Assembly (NCBI RefSeq): GCF_001949145.1
Contig: NW_019091361.1
Coordinates: 1,267,588 to 1,331,587, forward strand
Reading direction: 5' to 3'
From: Acanthaster planci
Taxonomy: Eukaryota
DNA length: 64,000 nucleotides
Both the position numbers and the translations under genes were made by a program. This document shows positions 49,662 to 64,000 of the stretch, piece after piece. The stretch's first letter is position 1; every line of letters starts with the position of its first letter. A model generated the notes under the pieces. The model saw only the letters and a program-made list of their open reading frames with translations. It was not told the origin of the DNA and searched no databases.

Positions 49662-51962
49662 TGCCTGAGTGTCTTTGAAGGATGGCTCTCAAAAAATACT
49701 GAGTGTCGACTTCAGCTGAATTGCAGTGTGGAGGATCCCCTCTGAATGCTTGCTAACAGATGTTCCAGGTGTTACAAGTCGTTGTTATCCATTTTTACCC
49801 ATGTGCTGTTGTGAAATTGTCACCCGTCCGATTGGCAGTTCGTTATCGTATGACTTAGCACTAGTAAGATAGTTCACCAGACGACAGCTGAGCCGCTTAG
49901 CGCTAAAGGTTTAAGTAAATAGTAACACATGAAAGCCCCTTCAAGAAGCTTCTTCACTTGCTAACGTCGCTCACTCGATTCTGGTTGGGCTGTGGTCAAA
50001 GGTTTTCCATTGGCGGGTTTTGGTGACAGTTTGATGCACAGAGGAATGTTTGAGGATGTGAAGCTACTTGCCGACCAAAGCATGATCTGGGAAATAGCGA
50101 TGTTACTTTCTGCTTTTTGAGAGACTGGATGAATAAAACCGTCGTTAAAGATGTCATTAGTGTGACGATCAACAGGGTAATTGATCGTTATACTAATGGA
50201 CAAGAACAAGTCTAAAAGTAAAGTTCAAGAGCCTGGTTGATTAGCGCAGATCCAGCTCGCCATCAGCGATGCGTCGTGACATTAGAACTCACCTGACGGA
50301 TGGCGCCAACTAGCCTTAGGTCCACTGATCCCGAACCATGTGAAACTTTGTGAACAGGCCCTAAGTTTGTATGATCTCGAACGGTGCGCACCAAAGAATT
50401 TTGAGGGCGGCTGTGGAGAAATTATAAAGGCCTATACGTCTCGCTGGTTTATGCTGCGGTGCTCGTCCTACTTAGCGAGTGCATCAGCAGTTGCAAGACT
50501 AGTTCTGAGACTGAAAATAAACCCCGAAAATAATGCAATACGGGTTAAAGGCGCTTTTCCATATGTGCGTCAATACTTGCGCCATGCGCTGCGTATCCGT
50601 CGAAATTGCTCAAAAAAACGTGCAGATGGAAAGCCGCCTTAACTCGTCACAATTTGTGCGACGCAAGTGTTGGAGCACGACTACCAGTTATGCTCCCTTT
50701 TACTTAACCTTTCATACTTGCCTAGATTGGCTAGATTAAGAACTTTACTTAGACCCAAAGGAGTTAAACAGATGAAACAAATTATTTTAATTCAAAGGAC
50801 AGGATTTGGAAGTGAACATTTGAGGAACTAAAACTCTATTTTTAATCTCAAAAATAGTAACAAATATATTTCAGTGGTCGTCTTTTGTAAAACTAATCAT
50901 AAAAACTCAAAATCCTTCCGATGTGTAAAGTTGCCAAACAAATGATGTATGAAGCGAGCTGCCGGGAAGGGACGTGTCCTGTATGGGCAGCATCTTGTTA
51001 AAAACGTCTTAGCGAGGCATTCAAGTTACAGTGGAAATTCTTCACAAAGGCATTCATCATTCAAATTTCTTTACCATCATGCCGCCGCTTTGGGTTGCAG
51101 TGAGATCAAGATGTATTAAAGGCCAGCCATATGGGTGCCATTTAATGTCAATAACGGTGGTACGACAGCTCATTAACCTATTGCTATTTGTGTTCATATT
51201 TTACTATTTGGGTGGTCGTTCCCTAATATGCCATTTGCGGACCTCAACATCTTCTGAGAGCCGATAGCTTCGACATTGAAACTATGATATTGGTTATGGC
51301 ATTTAGACTGTAAAAAAGAACCTCGCCCTTTGTGCCTCAGCTGAAACAGTACACCTGAGGTCTGCAGACAAGCGAAAAGCTGCAAGGCAGGCCGTCTGAT
51401 CCCTGCTCTCGTGATTACTTGGGGTTGGAAAGGCATTGGAGGGGGCCAGGAACAGTCTATCCAACTATCCTGGTACAATAAACCCCTCAAATAGGCGGGG
51501 AGAAAAACAATTGCCAATAATGACGGTACATTTACCAGGATGTGGCTGCCCAATTAAAGGACAGCTCGTAGCACTTACTACGTATTAAAGCCATTTTTGC
51601 CGTGTATGCAAAACCGGTAATGACCTCAGCTTTCAAGAGTTAACTTTACCTTTTCCGACGGTAATTGCGTTGTTCAAGGTCTAACTATACGGACAATAAA
51701 CGAGACCTCTATTACCTTTGGCAGAGTGGACTCGTTAAATTTTCGAGAACATTATTTGGAATACAAATGAACGATAAGTCTGCTGCGGCTCACTCTATGA
51801 GTTCTACGTGAACAACCAATTCAAAGCCTCTTGATTATAGTTGAATTCATCACACGAAGATCGAGTCTCCTGCGTGCTAGCCTTGACCGAGGTCGTACCT
51901 CTTTCCTGAGTGGCGGGGGGGGGGCGTCCTTCCTTCTGTAAGAGATCGTTTCGTACGGTTTA

Positions 51963-52135
51963 CACTGTAAAAACGCTGGCCAATTTTTTACCGAACGCTG
52001 ACTTCCAGGTGAATCGCCAAACTGTTGGGCAAACAGCTAACCCAACCGCGATTTTCTCCTAAAATATGGGCACACTTGTCTCGATTTGTTTTACCTATTC
52101 AACTGGTATGCTAACGTTGGGCAAAAAAAAAAATC
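51963..52135. mobile_element. Partial MITE, family of 40476-40737
   Basis: CACTGTAAAAACGCTGG..CCAGGTGAATCGCCAAACTGTTGGGCA..CTAACGTTGGGCAAAAA. Confidence 0.55.
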
Positions 52136-52854
52136 ACTCGGAGCGGGAAAAACTAATATGTAAAACGAATTTAAATTAAAAAAAACCCTGTGCTATATGC
52201 TTGACAAAGATATGGAATAATCTTATGGAATATTCTTTGGCCAGGCTTCAAGATCCACTTACTGTTGGAGGAACAATTCTGCTTCTTTGATTGAAATAAA
52301 TACATTTGGAATTGTGACGTCACCTGAAGCACCGATACATTGAAGCGTACCGATACGAGTATACAGCTGTCGGTTTTTAGGGACCACTTTCTCTGTTATT
52401 TATTGCTTGTCGACCATGAAGGGTATAGGGTAAATTGTCCCGAGTAATGAATAACTTTTTTTCAGACATTTTCATGTTCAAAAGGGACTGATGTGAAGAG
52501 TTCAATGTACGAGTTTGGGGTAATTTTCGATTTAACAGGCCTACATTTAACGACTACTAACAGCGCCTTTTTATATTTTTGTTAATTGTTTTGTTTTAAA
52601 TGTTTTCGTTTGTAATTATCATTTGGCTTTGAAATTATTTCAGTTTTATCATTGGTTCTGATTCAGATTTTTCGAAGTACTCTTTCGTTTCATCTTTGTC
52701 CGATTTTTTTCATTTCTAATTATTCTATTACCGTAATGCTAAATAGTGGAAACTTATTTTATGGTCTTTCTTCCCACGCTTTTTTCTTCTTGAAATTTGC
52801 ATCGCTGAATTTCATCCGGTTAACCTTTACATTCATATCTAATCTATCCTTGGG

Positions 52855-53030
52855 TGTATGTGAAATCATATTGAAATTGGAGGATTGGGAGTGTTAGGGA
52901 TAGCTATCCCTAACACTCCCAAATCCTCTAATTTCAATAATAGCCCTAACAGTCCTGAATCCTCCGACTTCAACATTATTTTATCCCTAACAGTCCTGAA
53001 TCCAACGATTTCAATATGATTTTACATACA
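52855..53030. repeat. Loopless palindrome with a triplicated right arm
   Basis: ...GGAGGATTGGGAGTGTTAGGGATAG|CTATCCCTAACACTCCCAAATCCTC..., then two more ~38-40-bp CCCTAACAGTCCTGAATCC units. Confidence 0.75.
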
Positions 53031-54049
53031 TTCTATCCCACTGACTTTCAGTTTTATCTAAGTGTTAACTTTCCTTCAATTTGAATAATGGGACAAACTA
53101 AGCCAAAATAAAATTAAACAAAATAGATTAATTGCTAGAAACTTACCTGTCAATTCATATATAATTGTGGCTGTGTATTTCCAAACGAAAATATTTCCCG
53201 TGGTGACTAAGGTGTTTACTGTGTGCATGTGCTCACACACATATTGTAACAGACTTTCTCGTGGTTGGTGTCCGAAAGTTGAGTTCTGCAGGTGCATCGG
53301 TGTCATTTAATTGCTCGTAATTCAGTATACATATACATGCACACACATACATGTATGTGTTTCTATCCATTAAGTTCTTCAGGTGGCCCTGACGAGAAGA
53401 TAGGCACACTCCGCGACACTACATGCACGTGTCCGTCTGTAGTGACGGCACGTGTATGTATGCGATTTCCCAAGTTACCTGATGGATTACCACCTCCCAC
53501 GGGTGTGATTGAGAGTAACACACCGTCAAAGGCACAATAATGGGCTGGAGTGGAGAGCGGTCGGAGGGATAGGCCTATAAGCCTTTTTCATGTAGTTAAA
53601 ATCGGGAAACTAAGTTGTCAGGTGATAACAGTGTTTCGCAACCTCGTCCTTTCAAATCAAAGAATCTCCACTTGCCGTCGTTTCTTCTTTATAATTGAAC
53701 AGATTTGTCGTTGCACATCGATGTGCAAAAGTTATGTAATAGACGGCTTCGAACATCTGGTGAGAGTTTTAAGCGAACTCAACCCTTTCACCTTCATAAC
53801 CGGGGTTAAATTTGTCGTATCTTCTTACGTGCCGTTGGTCCACCCTCAAAGAGCTGTGCTGTTCCATGACTAATATTTGCGCGCGTCAAGCCATTTTTAC
53901 GTATGCATCTTTGAAGTTTTAAATAATGATCCCATCGACATGTTTGTTGCGTCGTCATGACCATTCTATCTTATGCGTGTTGGCTCGTGTATTACTTGTC
54001 TTTGAAAATGGAGATATCGAAAGGAACTGGAAGTGAAACCGGTGTCAAA

Positions 54050-54209
54050 GGGTACGTTCGCGCGGTTACTCCTGTTTACCGAGTAGGTTGCGTGCGCATT
54101 ACACTTGGGTGCAGGAGTATACCCTCGCTGTCCACGGGTCATACTCAAGCCGTTCGAGCGCTCATGATTAAACTCGTGTTTAACACGAGTAGCTCGCTCG
54201 AACGCACCC
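54050..54209. mobile_element. Small PIF/Harbinger-like MITE
   Basis: TIRs GGGTACGTTCG and CGAACGCACCC; AAA on both flanks (possible 3-bp TSD). Confidence 0.5.
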
Positions 54210-57200
54210 AAAAGGTCTGCAAGACATCAGCAGAATACCATACAAAGGCCAGCACGATAAAAAGGCATCGCGACAATATTGAAGAAAATGTACACGTATA
54301 TGTACAATGCTGATGCCTTACAATAACCTACTATATAAAGTTTTATTTTGGGATATCTTTCTTGGTAGTTTTGTTACTTGTTTAACTTGTTTTTCTCTGA
54401 CAAAATATTCAAAAAGATCAGTACAACCACAAGATATGACATTTCACATACTTGTGGATGAAAGATTTGTAAAGCTTTCCTCGTCTTATTTGCAGAAAAG
54501 GGGAGGCCTGAGGTTCGCCAAACGTTTGAAGAGATGAAATTACGCTTAGTCAGTTGCATGTATTCAGAGAGATTCCTCCCAGGATATTTACATACAAAAG
54601 TCTCAAATTCCACCACGGCATTGATTGATATTCACTTAACCTTATGAAGTTCCATTTCCCGTAAAGCTGCAAGAAACTTTTATTTTTCAAATTCAATTAC
54701 CGATGACAAAAGTGTACCGAAGATGAATTCCATTCTGGTCGACAAATATAAACACCTCAATGGAGAACTATCTCCTAAGGAATTGCAAAATGTAAAATAA
54801 AGCATTATTTGGATTAAAGGTTCAATCTGAAATGTCCAAGTGGACGACGAAGTCAACAGCCGTTTTCAAGCAATTTTTCACACAAGCATCGAACTCTAAC
54901 ATATTTACAATACATGAGAAAATGTGCATAAATATCCTGATAAATCCACTACACAATGTTCCGAAGTTATTTCAAAATAAGCATAACATCGTTGATTAAA
55001 TCGTCAATAGAAGTAGCCTTTACGAATTCAAATATATTACTTTTGAAATTGACTCTATAATATGTACACGACCATTGTTTACAAGAGGAAATATACACGT
55101 GCAAGATTTCATATATCTGTCATTAAATTATAGAAAACTTGATTATGCAATTTCAATATAAAAATTTTGTTTGATTTACGTCATAACAAAAATATTTCCT
55201 AAAATAAATACAGAACTAAGAGTGCCCGCACCGGTCACATAAATATGAAATAGAATGTAGAAGGAAAAACTATACAGAATAATATAACAAAAGAAGCTTT
55301 GAGAGGGGGGAAATAACTTGGGAAAATGTACAATGATGTATAATGTAAAACATTTCATTGCACGCTTAGACTTCTAAGGTAATATTGTATTGGCTGAAGG
55401 AAAAAAAATTAAAAAAAATTACGCAGAAGGAAAAATTAAAGACAATGTAACAAAGAATACTGTAAGCGCTTAGACGATGCAAATAAGTTGTCTGCAAATT
55501 TACTTCTTTCAAAACTACAATCTACTATTTGCAAAATACTTGTAACAGTGCACGTATAGCCTAATCCGATTAGACGCCATGACTGTGGTGGCACCGCACT
55601 CACACGCACATTCTTCAGCTTGACGGGCGCGTACATTTTGACAAATCATGACACCCTGTTGGTCGAAGAGGCATGTAACGCGCGCGTACCACCTGCCCAC
55701 GAGCGTTGTGTCACCGCAGTGATGGCTTCTAATTCTGGCGGTCGAATTACACTATACGGAGTCTGAGTGCATATGCATCAAGGCAACATTTAAAATTCAT
55801 GTATGAGTGGCTTCTTTATATAATAAGCATTCGGTTCAGTGTCTTTTAACACTTTCAATACATGTTACGAAACCAACTAAATTCAATACACATACATAAA
55901 GATATAAATTCTTAATTTAACACTCAACTGCACTGTCAAGACATCCCAAAGATTCAACCGGCCTACTCAATTTGAGTCGTATTAACAATTTTCTCATTAA
56001 TCAGCCACAATACACTATTCTCAAAAGTATAAGTGCAGGTCCCCTTCAAAAGTGAGATTCCAATCACTTGGGAAATCAATTTCTCCCAACTGAGTTCACG
56101 TTTGGCAAGATTTCTTTCATGCAATAAAGATAGAAACTCGTAGTCTTTTTTTGTGTAACGTGATCGGCGCTATATAGCCTATCGTAAAAAAGGTATTCAG
56201 TTACGTACAGAGTCTCACACACGAGTTCATTGAATGAAAAATTCAAACAGATTTCTGCTGCGTTATGTACATGCATAAGTGTGGAATTAAGCCGGGCTTT
56301 AGTTCACAATACCTTTGGGCTATGGAATTGTTTTCTCTATCTTTTCTGTTCAAAAGGCGTCTCCCCCCCAAAAAAAAGCTGCCACGCCCTTTGTTATAAA
56401 ACCACAACTTGCTGGAGAAAGGTTTTAGCTCATGCCAATATTACAGCACATTGCTGGGTACTACAAGATGTGTAATACTTAGGCCCAGTCCATAATGCTG
56501 ACCATTGCAGAAAAATATCAGTACTATTATTTTTAGTTCGATCAATTATTGTTGGGAAATGTCTCAACCCTATTTGTCAACAATCCCGTCTAGTCTTTCC
56601 ATTTTGTTTTCGAGCCACAATAAATTAGAAGACTCAAATCCTCCGAAATCCAATGCTTACAAATGCGTATTAACCGTGTTTACATAAACATGTCTATCTC
56701 GCATCCAAGGTTTCATGTCGAAGCTCACAAATATAGTTCCAGAAAAAAGGAAAACGGATATCTATCATTCAATGAATCACTGACCAGCAAGTCAGAATTG
56801 CAAGGTGGGTCCACCCTGACTCGCGTCCAACTGTATTAAAATGTATTTAGCTCACCTTAGAGATGGCAGAACTTTGCAATATTGCACCGTTGGGCACCCT
56901 GTTCAAACACAAGTTCCTAGTGTGACGTCATCTTTTAATCAACAATTACAACAAGAGTCTCATAACTAGTTAATACTGTGGGTTGGACGGCGCTGAACAG
57001 TGTTTGGTGACCACAAATGGTCTCTCTGCAACTGCCTACTATCCGCATGGCCGGCAAAAACTTAGAGAAGTATCGCCCTGGGTTGGAGTGAGGTTTCGCC
57101 TCTATTAATGTACATCTGCCCTCTTTATTTTTAAAGAGGGCAGTATTGGTATTTGCATGATTCGGTAGTACAAATATTTCTTACATGTTATGGCCGTGTG

Positions 57201-59180
57201 CAACTCTTTAGTACCTTGCGAATTATTCTTTTGCTTTTGAACATAATTTATCTGCTACTGGTAAGCAATCGATACAACTGCAACTGTGACACAAAATGGG
57301 AATGAACTTCAGACAGGAACCTGGATCTGCTCCGGCCAGAGATCAAGAAGTGGAGGCGGTAGATACTTTGACAAATACCGAGCTTAATATAAACCTGTTG
57401 GGCCACCATTGTTCTTTTTTCTAGAGCGTGAGAAGCTTTGCAGAAAAAGGCCTAATGCATTTAACGAATAAATTTGGTGAGTTTAAAATGGGGAGGGGGG
57501 GGGCAATGTCCCGGAAAACTCCTGTTTCTTACACTATAGCCAGTCAAATCCCGAGCATGCTTCATACCATCATGAATCGCAAAAACACAGGAATCAGCGC
57601 TGTTGACATTTCAAACCGAAAACTATCATCGAGTGATGCAAATTTGACCAGCAAACCAACAATGTTTGAAACCCACGCCACTACAGACACTGGCTATTCG
57701 TGAGGTACGTGCATCTCCACAGCATTCTCATGCAAGTTGTCCGTGAAAACCAGTGGACCTCTGTCAGTAAGAAATTTCCAGGCGTCTTGAGCATCCAGAG
57801 TTCCTCCTGCTCGTGTTTGCAGGACACATATAAATATCACTCCACCCTTCACGGGCCACAAAATATACCTCAAACAAACCACCGAATAGTTTACAGAAAT
57901 GCAATACTTTACACAAAGACCATAATATCATACAGCTGAAGTTAGCTGGGGGCGGGCATTGATTTATGTCATCTTGGCCAACACCAACTACCTACAACAA
58001 CGCATTAACATTAAAATTGAAATCTCTCTTTGTTCTCGCTCAAAAATCTCAGAAACGCGCCTTTGAAACGTGGAAAAATATATCCAGAAAGTCCAATTCA
58101 TCTTCCTGTTTAAAGCTTGTGCAATTTTGACAAGATATTATTGCAGCATCAAATGCTTATTCAATATGCCGGGTGGTAGAAATGTTAATATTACATTGGC
58201 ACTTTCAAAGAAAAAAAACAACCACCACCATCAAATGAGCTTTGCACCATTTTTTTCATTCACAATCTGACCTCCAGACCAACTGAAGTTTCACACAACA
58301 TCCATTCTTGAGCAGCCTGCCCAACTGACTCAGTGCTCCACTTTGCTACCAATCACTCATTCAAGCGTCAAGACCATCCGCTGAGCTCCTTTAATTTTTT
58401 CCTTTCTCGTTTAAAGAGCAATCATCCACGGGGATAAAAAGCACTCTTGCATTGTACATTTTGTGTATACATCCGTATTACCTTGTACAGAAATTGTCCT
58501 GGAATCTGGACTCGGAACTGAACAACGAAGTGAAAGTTTGGCCACTGCCAAGACTTTTTAAAAGGATTCGAAAAATGAAAAAATAATGGGAACTGGCAAA
58601 ATTTTGAATCAGACAACCTGAATCGGGTTCATAGTTTCTGAATTCCCAAAGAAACAGGACCCAAACCAAACACTGGTGACTCAACTAGATCTAGAACCTT
58701 CATGTTTAGAATGGCTCAAATGCCATACTGATAAGTATCAGTATTTCAACATCTAGAACTAAACCCAGGAGGATTCAAACCGTACCTCATCCTTCTGACT
58801 TAACACCAGCAACAGGCCACACTGCAGGTTGATCCAAGTCACTCTTTTATTAAACATTCTTTCTGGTTACCTTACAAAACTTGTTCTAGTCACACCTGCT
58901 ATACCACTTCAACTCAATGAATCTCACAACATGGGAAATCCAACATCAAATTCACCATCAATCGGAGGGGAATGACAAATTCCCTCATCCCTCACCATCT
59001 CGATCTCTATTGACGGATCTTCTCAATCTACTGATAGCAAAGACCGACAAGTCATCACGGCAGACCAGAAGGCTTCAGCTTCGAGTGACACGCACACGAT
59101 CTTCCTCATTAGAGCCTTATCCACGGTTGGAGTGCCTTTCAACTAACTTCACGACTTCACTTATCAATCTGCTCCCCCCC

Positions 59181-62100
59181 TCAGATACTTGAAGGCACTC
59201 TGGTTGACTGGCGAGGCTCTATTTCCAGAGACAAGTCGTACAGATCGTCGTCATCCATGACCAATGTGCTATCCAACAGGTAGAGTGCAACCTACAGCCG
59301 AAAATGCACAATACGAATGGAACATAAAACCTTGTAACGGGCTGCTACCTTGTAGTTTTTACAGCCATTGAAAAAGTGCTCCAAAACTGTTACAGAATCC
59401 AAGTTTACTTGGATTGGAATGCCTCTAGAGTTAATGCAGCAGAATTCTAATGTGTCAATGTAATCCTATCTGCAATTTCAAGCAACTATACTTCAAAAAC
59501 TTTCATGTTTGCAGAGTTTCAATCTCTATTTTCTTTTCATTATTTCTGCTTGTATCACCTTCGATATACATCCAGTTCATCAAAGTGTGTCGAAAATCTG
59601 TCAAGAGCCAGTTAATCTCAGCTGAAAGCAAACACTGGTTACAGAATTTTAACAAAGGAGAAAGAGCAGATTAAATGGGTCTTTGCTCCAATTTCAAACA
59701 GCTCGGTTAACTGGTACATTTTTGCTGGACTTCCAACTGCGACAAAATAATGTCAGCAATCGTACCCTTTTGTCCAATTCTATGGTGTAGCATGTCTTCT
59801 GAAAATGGCGTATCTCACGGATCACATGAGCAATCTGAAACAGAAAAACAAAGGGGGGGGGTCATTGCATATGAGAACTAATCCTTAAGTGAAAACACAA
59901 GGGACCAAAGCTGTAATAATCAGACAAGATGGGAAAAAACAATGCTTGAATTCGCAAGTAACAATACAAAGAAGACTGATTACTAAAACACATAAAGATT
60001 AAAAATAAAACCAAGTCTGCAAGGACACATTAACAGAGCAGGCTCCAACTTACCATACGCATCTTTGAGAAGTTAATGAGATCATCATCAGTGACGTTGG
60101 GAGTACCATCCTCGATGAAGGCCAGGTCTGTCAAATAGAAGCCAAGGTAGGGCACGGCAGGAGGGTCAATCCTGAAAACCACAAGATTACAAACAGTAGG
60201 AGTGACAGCGCTTGTGCATTAATACCTGGATACACAAATGTACACTGCCAAAACATTTAATATCTCTGAGAGAAGACCTTATCTTTACCTGTGCAGCGCC
60301 TCTCGCATGTTCTTGAAACGTCCGTCGGATGAAACAAGCACCTGCAGCTTCTCCAGCATAGTTTTCGTCTTCAGGGAGTGAAAGAATAAAAGCAAAGCAA
60401 AACAAAACAAACTGTTAAAGAGCCACAACCAAAACTTACACGGTAGCAGATAATCAGTGCAAAGTTAGACAGCTCAGATGATGGAGTACATGTAGCATTT
60501 ATCCCTAAAACAGCTAGGGGGTGCAGATTCCACTCCGCCATGAGATTTCTTCTGATATCGCTGCAGTGCATTTTTTCATGAGGTAAGTCTTTGGAAGTGC
60601 GGTCACTTTGACACCAATTTTGTGAGATCGAGCGTATCTCGCACAATGCCAATTTTTCTGAAACAGGTCAGCCCCCAAAACCGATACTTTTCCACTGCCG
60701 TGCTCAATGCGCGTGGGCTGGCAGACATAAAACCTTGACCATAACATCAAAACCATACTTCAGATTGAGTTGAAACTTCACAAGAAGAAGTGTCTTTACA
60801 AACATGCTAAGCTGAGTTCTGATTGGGGGTTGAATCTCCCTATCCTCCCCCTTGCTGTGAGGTGGCTCAAATAGCCCAGCTCTTTTAGGGTTGAAGATGT
60901 CAAGAGCTCAAAATCTTTTGACTACTGTAACCCTTGCTTTGTTCCAAGTAAATGACTCGAGCACTTCATACTGCATGATGTGTCAATAGGCAGGGGTTTC
61001 CTGTGTCTTGACATATTCTAGCAAATTCTGTATGCTGGGCTGGGTGACTGTCTGCTCGTCCCCAGGTTTGAGTGATTCTCACTGAGTTGTAACACAGGCA
61101 AGCGAGGCTCAAGGTTGAGCTTGTGTGGAGACTAGTGGAGCCCTCCTCAAGCTGTGCACCATGGCCAGGTGTTGTAGCAAATATCACTCTGTGACATCAT
61201 CTTTTGTTATACCTCTGTCTTGGATACTGTCTGTTCATTGGCTCAGAACGATTACATGACAGGGTGATATATCTGCATATCACACTCACTGTTTATGTGA
61301 CATGTGAACTTGTAGTCGGTGGTATCCGCACTACTTTCACATTAAAGTTTATGCAATTAAAGAAAGTGGATGATCAGTGCATTCGCAGACAATATCCTCT
61401 ATGTCAGTTATGTTAATTATACAGTTTGATGGTCATCTTTTGAACTTCTGAAATTCTTTGGATAAATTTCTCAGCCTCAACATAATTAAGGTACAGATAT
61501 GACAAAACAATTGTTGACTGCTGTGATGTGGGATATTATGTTTTGAACACCCGAAGGCATGCATAGCACCCTTGGCGAAGTAGTTTCACAAAAGCAACGA
61601 TGTGGTGAGAAACGTCTTATAAGTGTTGAACAAATGACCACTTAGGGTCAGCCTTTGTAAAGTCCAACTTTGTATAGGACAGAAGTTGTGGTATCTTGTT
61701 ATTTTAAAAAGTGGGTATTCTTGGCCAAAATGATATCATTATCGGGACTGGTTTGTTGTGGAGTAATAAAGTTGGCAAGTTGTTAACATGCATTATCAAT
61801 AAATGTGGAAGAGTTTTGGAGGGTGAAGCACAACAACGAATACCCGAAATATGATTGGAAAGTGCACAGAGGCAACCTGTCCCTATTGTTCTATTTATGA
61901 AATGCCAAATACTGTCTGCTGACGCACCTGTTTCGGCACCTTGTCCCAGACTTTCTTGAGGCGATACACAGAGCTGTTCATCAGCGCTGACGTGATCTCA
62001 AGCACGCTGTTGTAGTTGTGCATACAGCGGCAAATATCGGCCACCGCTGCCCATTTCTCGATGGCTGCTGCCCGCCCAACCACCGTGGACTGTCGTAAGA

Positions 62101-63688
62101 TCTCCGAGGCCACCAGTTTACTGACCTGGCGAGACAACAGTGTCCAAAATTTCATATAACTAGATAGAGGGTAAGCTGGTGAATCTGATTCCCTGATTGA
62201 TGGAAAGGTTGGGTGGAAATGGAGGTGCTCTCCTCGCCAAGGTTCAAATCCGATCCAGGCAGGTGTCAAGACCTTTTTCTCAGTTCCTACCTGAGCTGTT
62301 AAGTCAGAGAAATCCTTCCTTTCATCAAGTCTGTAGATCAAGAACTGTTCGATGACAGAAAACTGACCATTTGACAAGGCTCTTGTGGTCACATCTGTTT
62401 AATTGTCATAAGGAATCATTTAACAAACATCACCAAATACATGTACGTTGTGGTATTTGATGAAATGCTAGGAAATTGTAGGTCAGACCCAAATGTCTTC
62501 TCTAACCACTTGTCTTGATATTTCACTTGCCAAAGGAACAACAAGACTTCTCACACACCGCCAACAATATAGGGTAAAATAGATCTTTACCTGGTTGAAT
62601 CTCTTAGTGACATCAAGAATGTGAGGTGCCTTCATTGCCTTGTTCTGCTTCATCCAGCACTGGTTCAAGAACTCCCTGCAAAGCCCCAAATCAAACTATG
62701 TTATCATCTCTCCACATGAACAGGTTTGATTGCTGGCACTGGACAGGACAGGTGGTTTCAATCAACTTATGTCCCTACTATATGTCAAAGAGAATCCAAG
62801 GAATGGTGTCAATCAATTATGGAGTATTGCCCTGCTCCACATGTATTTTAACACTGTATACTCAGGTTTAACCCAGAAGGCTTGTGAAAAAAACCACTAG
62901 CGTACACGGGTGGGATTCAACCCACAACTTCCTGCTTACTAGTGCAGACATCTTAACCACTCGACCACCGAGCTTGCCGGTGTCAGCTGGTTTGCAAATC
63001 CATCCTTTGAATGGTGTCAAGTCATGTAAGTTTTTGTTTTTATTAACACACACCACGGCGGAATGGCCCTGAGGATTTTGTGTTCAATGAAGGTCAGCTG
63101 CTCGGCAAGCTCCAAGACGGAGAGGTCTTCAAACGAGGCATGTGATGAGGTAGGGTGGCTGGGCGTGACACCAATCACCTGCTCTATCGTTGGAGAGATG
63201 GTGGAGTCTTCAGACATCAGCTGCCTACAATATGAGGAAACCAGGCGAGGTATTTCAGTAGGCCCACAGCCCAAGGGTAATAAACACTTCAACACCAACT
63301 TTTTTACTGGTTACTGTTCCGAGAATTCTTTCCCTATATAATTGATGCTGCAAGGTGGTTTGGCTTTAGTGTGTACTTCACAGCGATGTCTTTGTGGATT
63401 GTTTTTCATATTTCTGTGTCATGAGTTTATCCATGCATGACCGCAAATCAGAAATAACGGCTAATCTAAAATCTTATTTTTTACACAAGTAATTACTGAG
63501 TGATTAAGAAATAACCAAGATGCAAATATGAGCATTAATTGATACAAACACTGAATTGTTTTTAAAAACTCAAACCTGAGAATGTTGGCTGCTCCTTTGT
63601 GCTCCGTGGGTAGGAGGTTAGTATTGGATGCAATCTCCTCCAAGAACTCTATTACTGCATTCCTTAGCTCGCTGTTGGACTCAAAATC
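59181..63688 (-). CDS. RASGRF1: Ras-specific guanine nucleotide-releasing factor (RasGRF1/2-like), 3' eight exons with the CDC25 RasGEF domain; 5' part lies beyond the window
   Basis: Exons 63688-63576, 63224-63054, 62675-62591, 62125-61928, 60368-60289, 60171-60054, 59834-59766 and 59291-59181, all GT-AG and in phase. Motifs: [97 protein letters not shown]. Confidence 0.93.
60503..60890 (-). mobile_element. piggyBac-type non-autonomous element, second and more decayed copy, in a RasGRF intron
   Basis: TTAT|CCCTAAAA ... CTCTTTTAGGG|TTGA; internal blocks match 13979-14427 in reverse (TTTGACACCAATTTTGTG, TTCCACTGC, TGACCATAAC). Confidence 0.7.
62820..62980 (-). mobile_element. tRNA-derived SINE (different family)
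   Basis: Reverse complement GCTCGGTGGTCGAGTGGTTAAGATGTCTGCACTAGTAAGCAGGAAGTTGTGGGTTGAATCCCACCC carries A/B boxes, followed by a non-tRNA body. Confidence 0.55.
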
Positions 63689-64000
63689 CTGGACATGAGG
63701 AATAAGCCCCAAAGCTTTTTCCAAGTTATAACAGTGACAGGTCAAAAGTGATTTGGAAATGTCACATGTGCTTCATCATGGTAATAATGAATAGCACAGT
63801 ATCTCGAACAGTGCAGGCAATTTGTTTCATCTTCTTGCTCAACCCCTGTCTCATAAAGACTTACTATTTCTAAGACTTCCCAGAGGATGATTACTTAAGT
63901 TTCTTAACCCCTTCGCTCAGGGAGACGGCAAGACCTGCGGCTTTGTGTGAGGATTAGTGCATACCACACATACAGTCTATTCACCATGCAGCGGCTGGTT

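Noticed and set aside
50000..59100. Additional protein-coding gene between FReD and RasGRF
   Set aside because: Only isolated splice-like motifs and short ORFs without domains; more likely RasGRF 3' UTR, intergenic DNA and repeats.

Overview
Intron-rich animal genomic DNA, not prokaryotic. It is probably an invertebrate deuterostome such as an echinoderm (inference from gene and repeat content). There are three assembly gaps (4064-4483, 8510-8665, 39009-39332). Four protein-coding genes lie on the minus strand. (1) A complete 4-exon alkaline ceramidase, ACER2-like (5132-7142). (2) A 23-24-exon, ~1,720-aa adhesion GPCR reconstructed by hand (13520-44119): signal peptide, 8 SRCR domains, HYR, hormone-receptor-like domain, GAIN/GPS, 7TM. 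(3) A secreted PAN/apple + fibrinogen-related protein with an intronless CDS (48618-49661), directly upstream of the GPCR. (4) The 3' eight exons of a RasGRF-type Ras GEF (59181-63688), continuing off the window. The rest holds an L2-like LINE, a Penelope-like remnant, tRNA-derived SINEs and many MITEs. The main finding is the scavenger-receptor/adhesion-GPCR hybrid next to a FReD gene, a candidate innate-immune sensing locus. Its three distal SRCRs have lost the same disulfide pair, its GPS reads H-A|T, and its TM7 micro-exon lacks an AG acceptor. All exon boundaries were read by eye and need RNA-seq confirmation.
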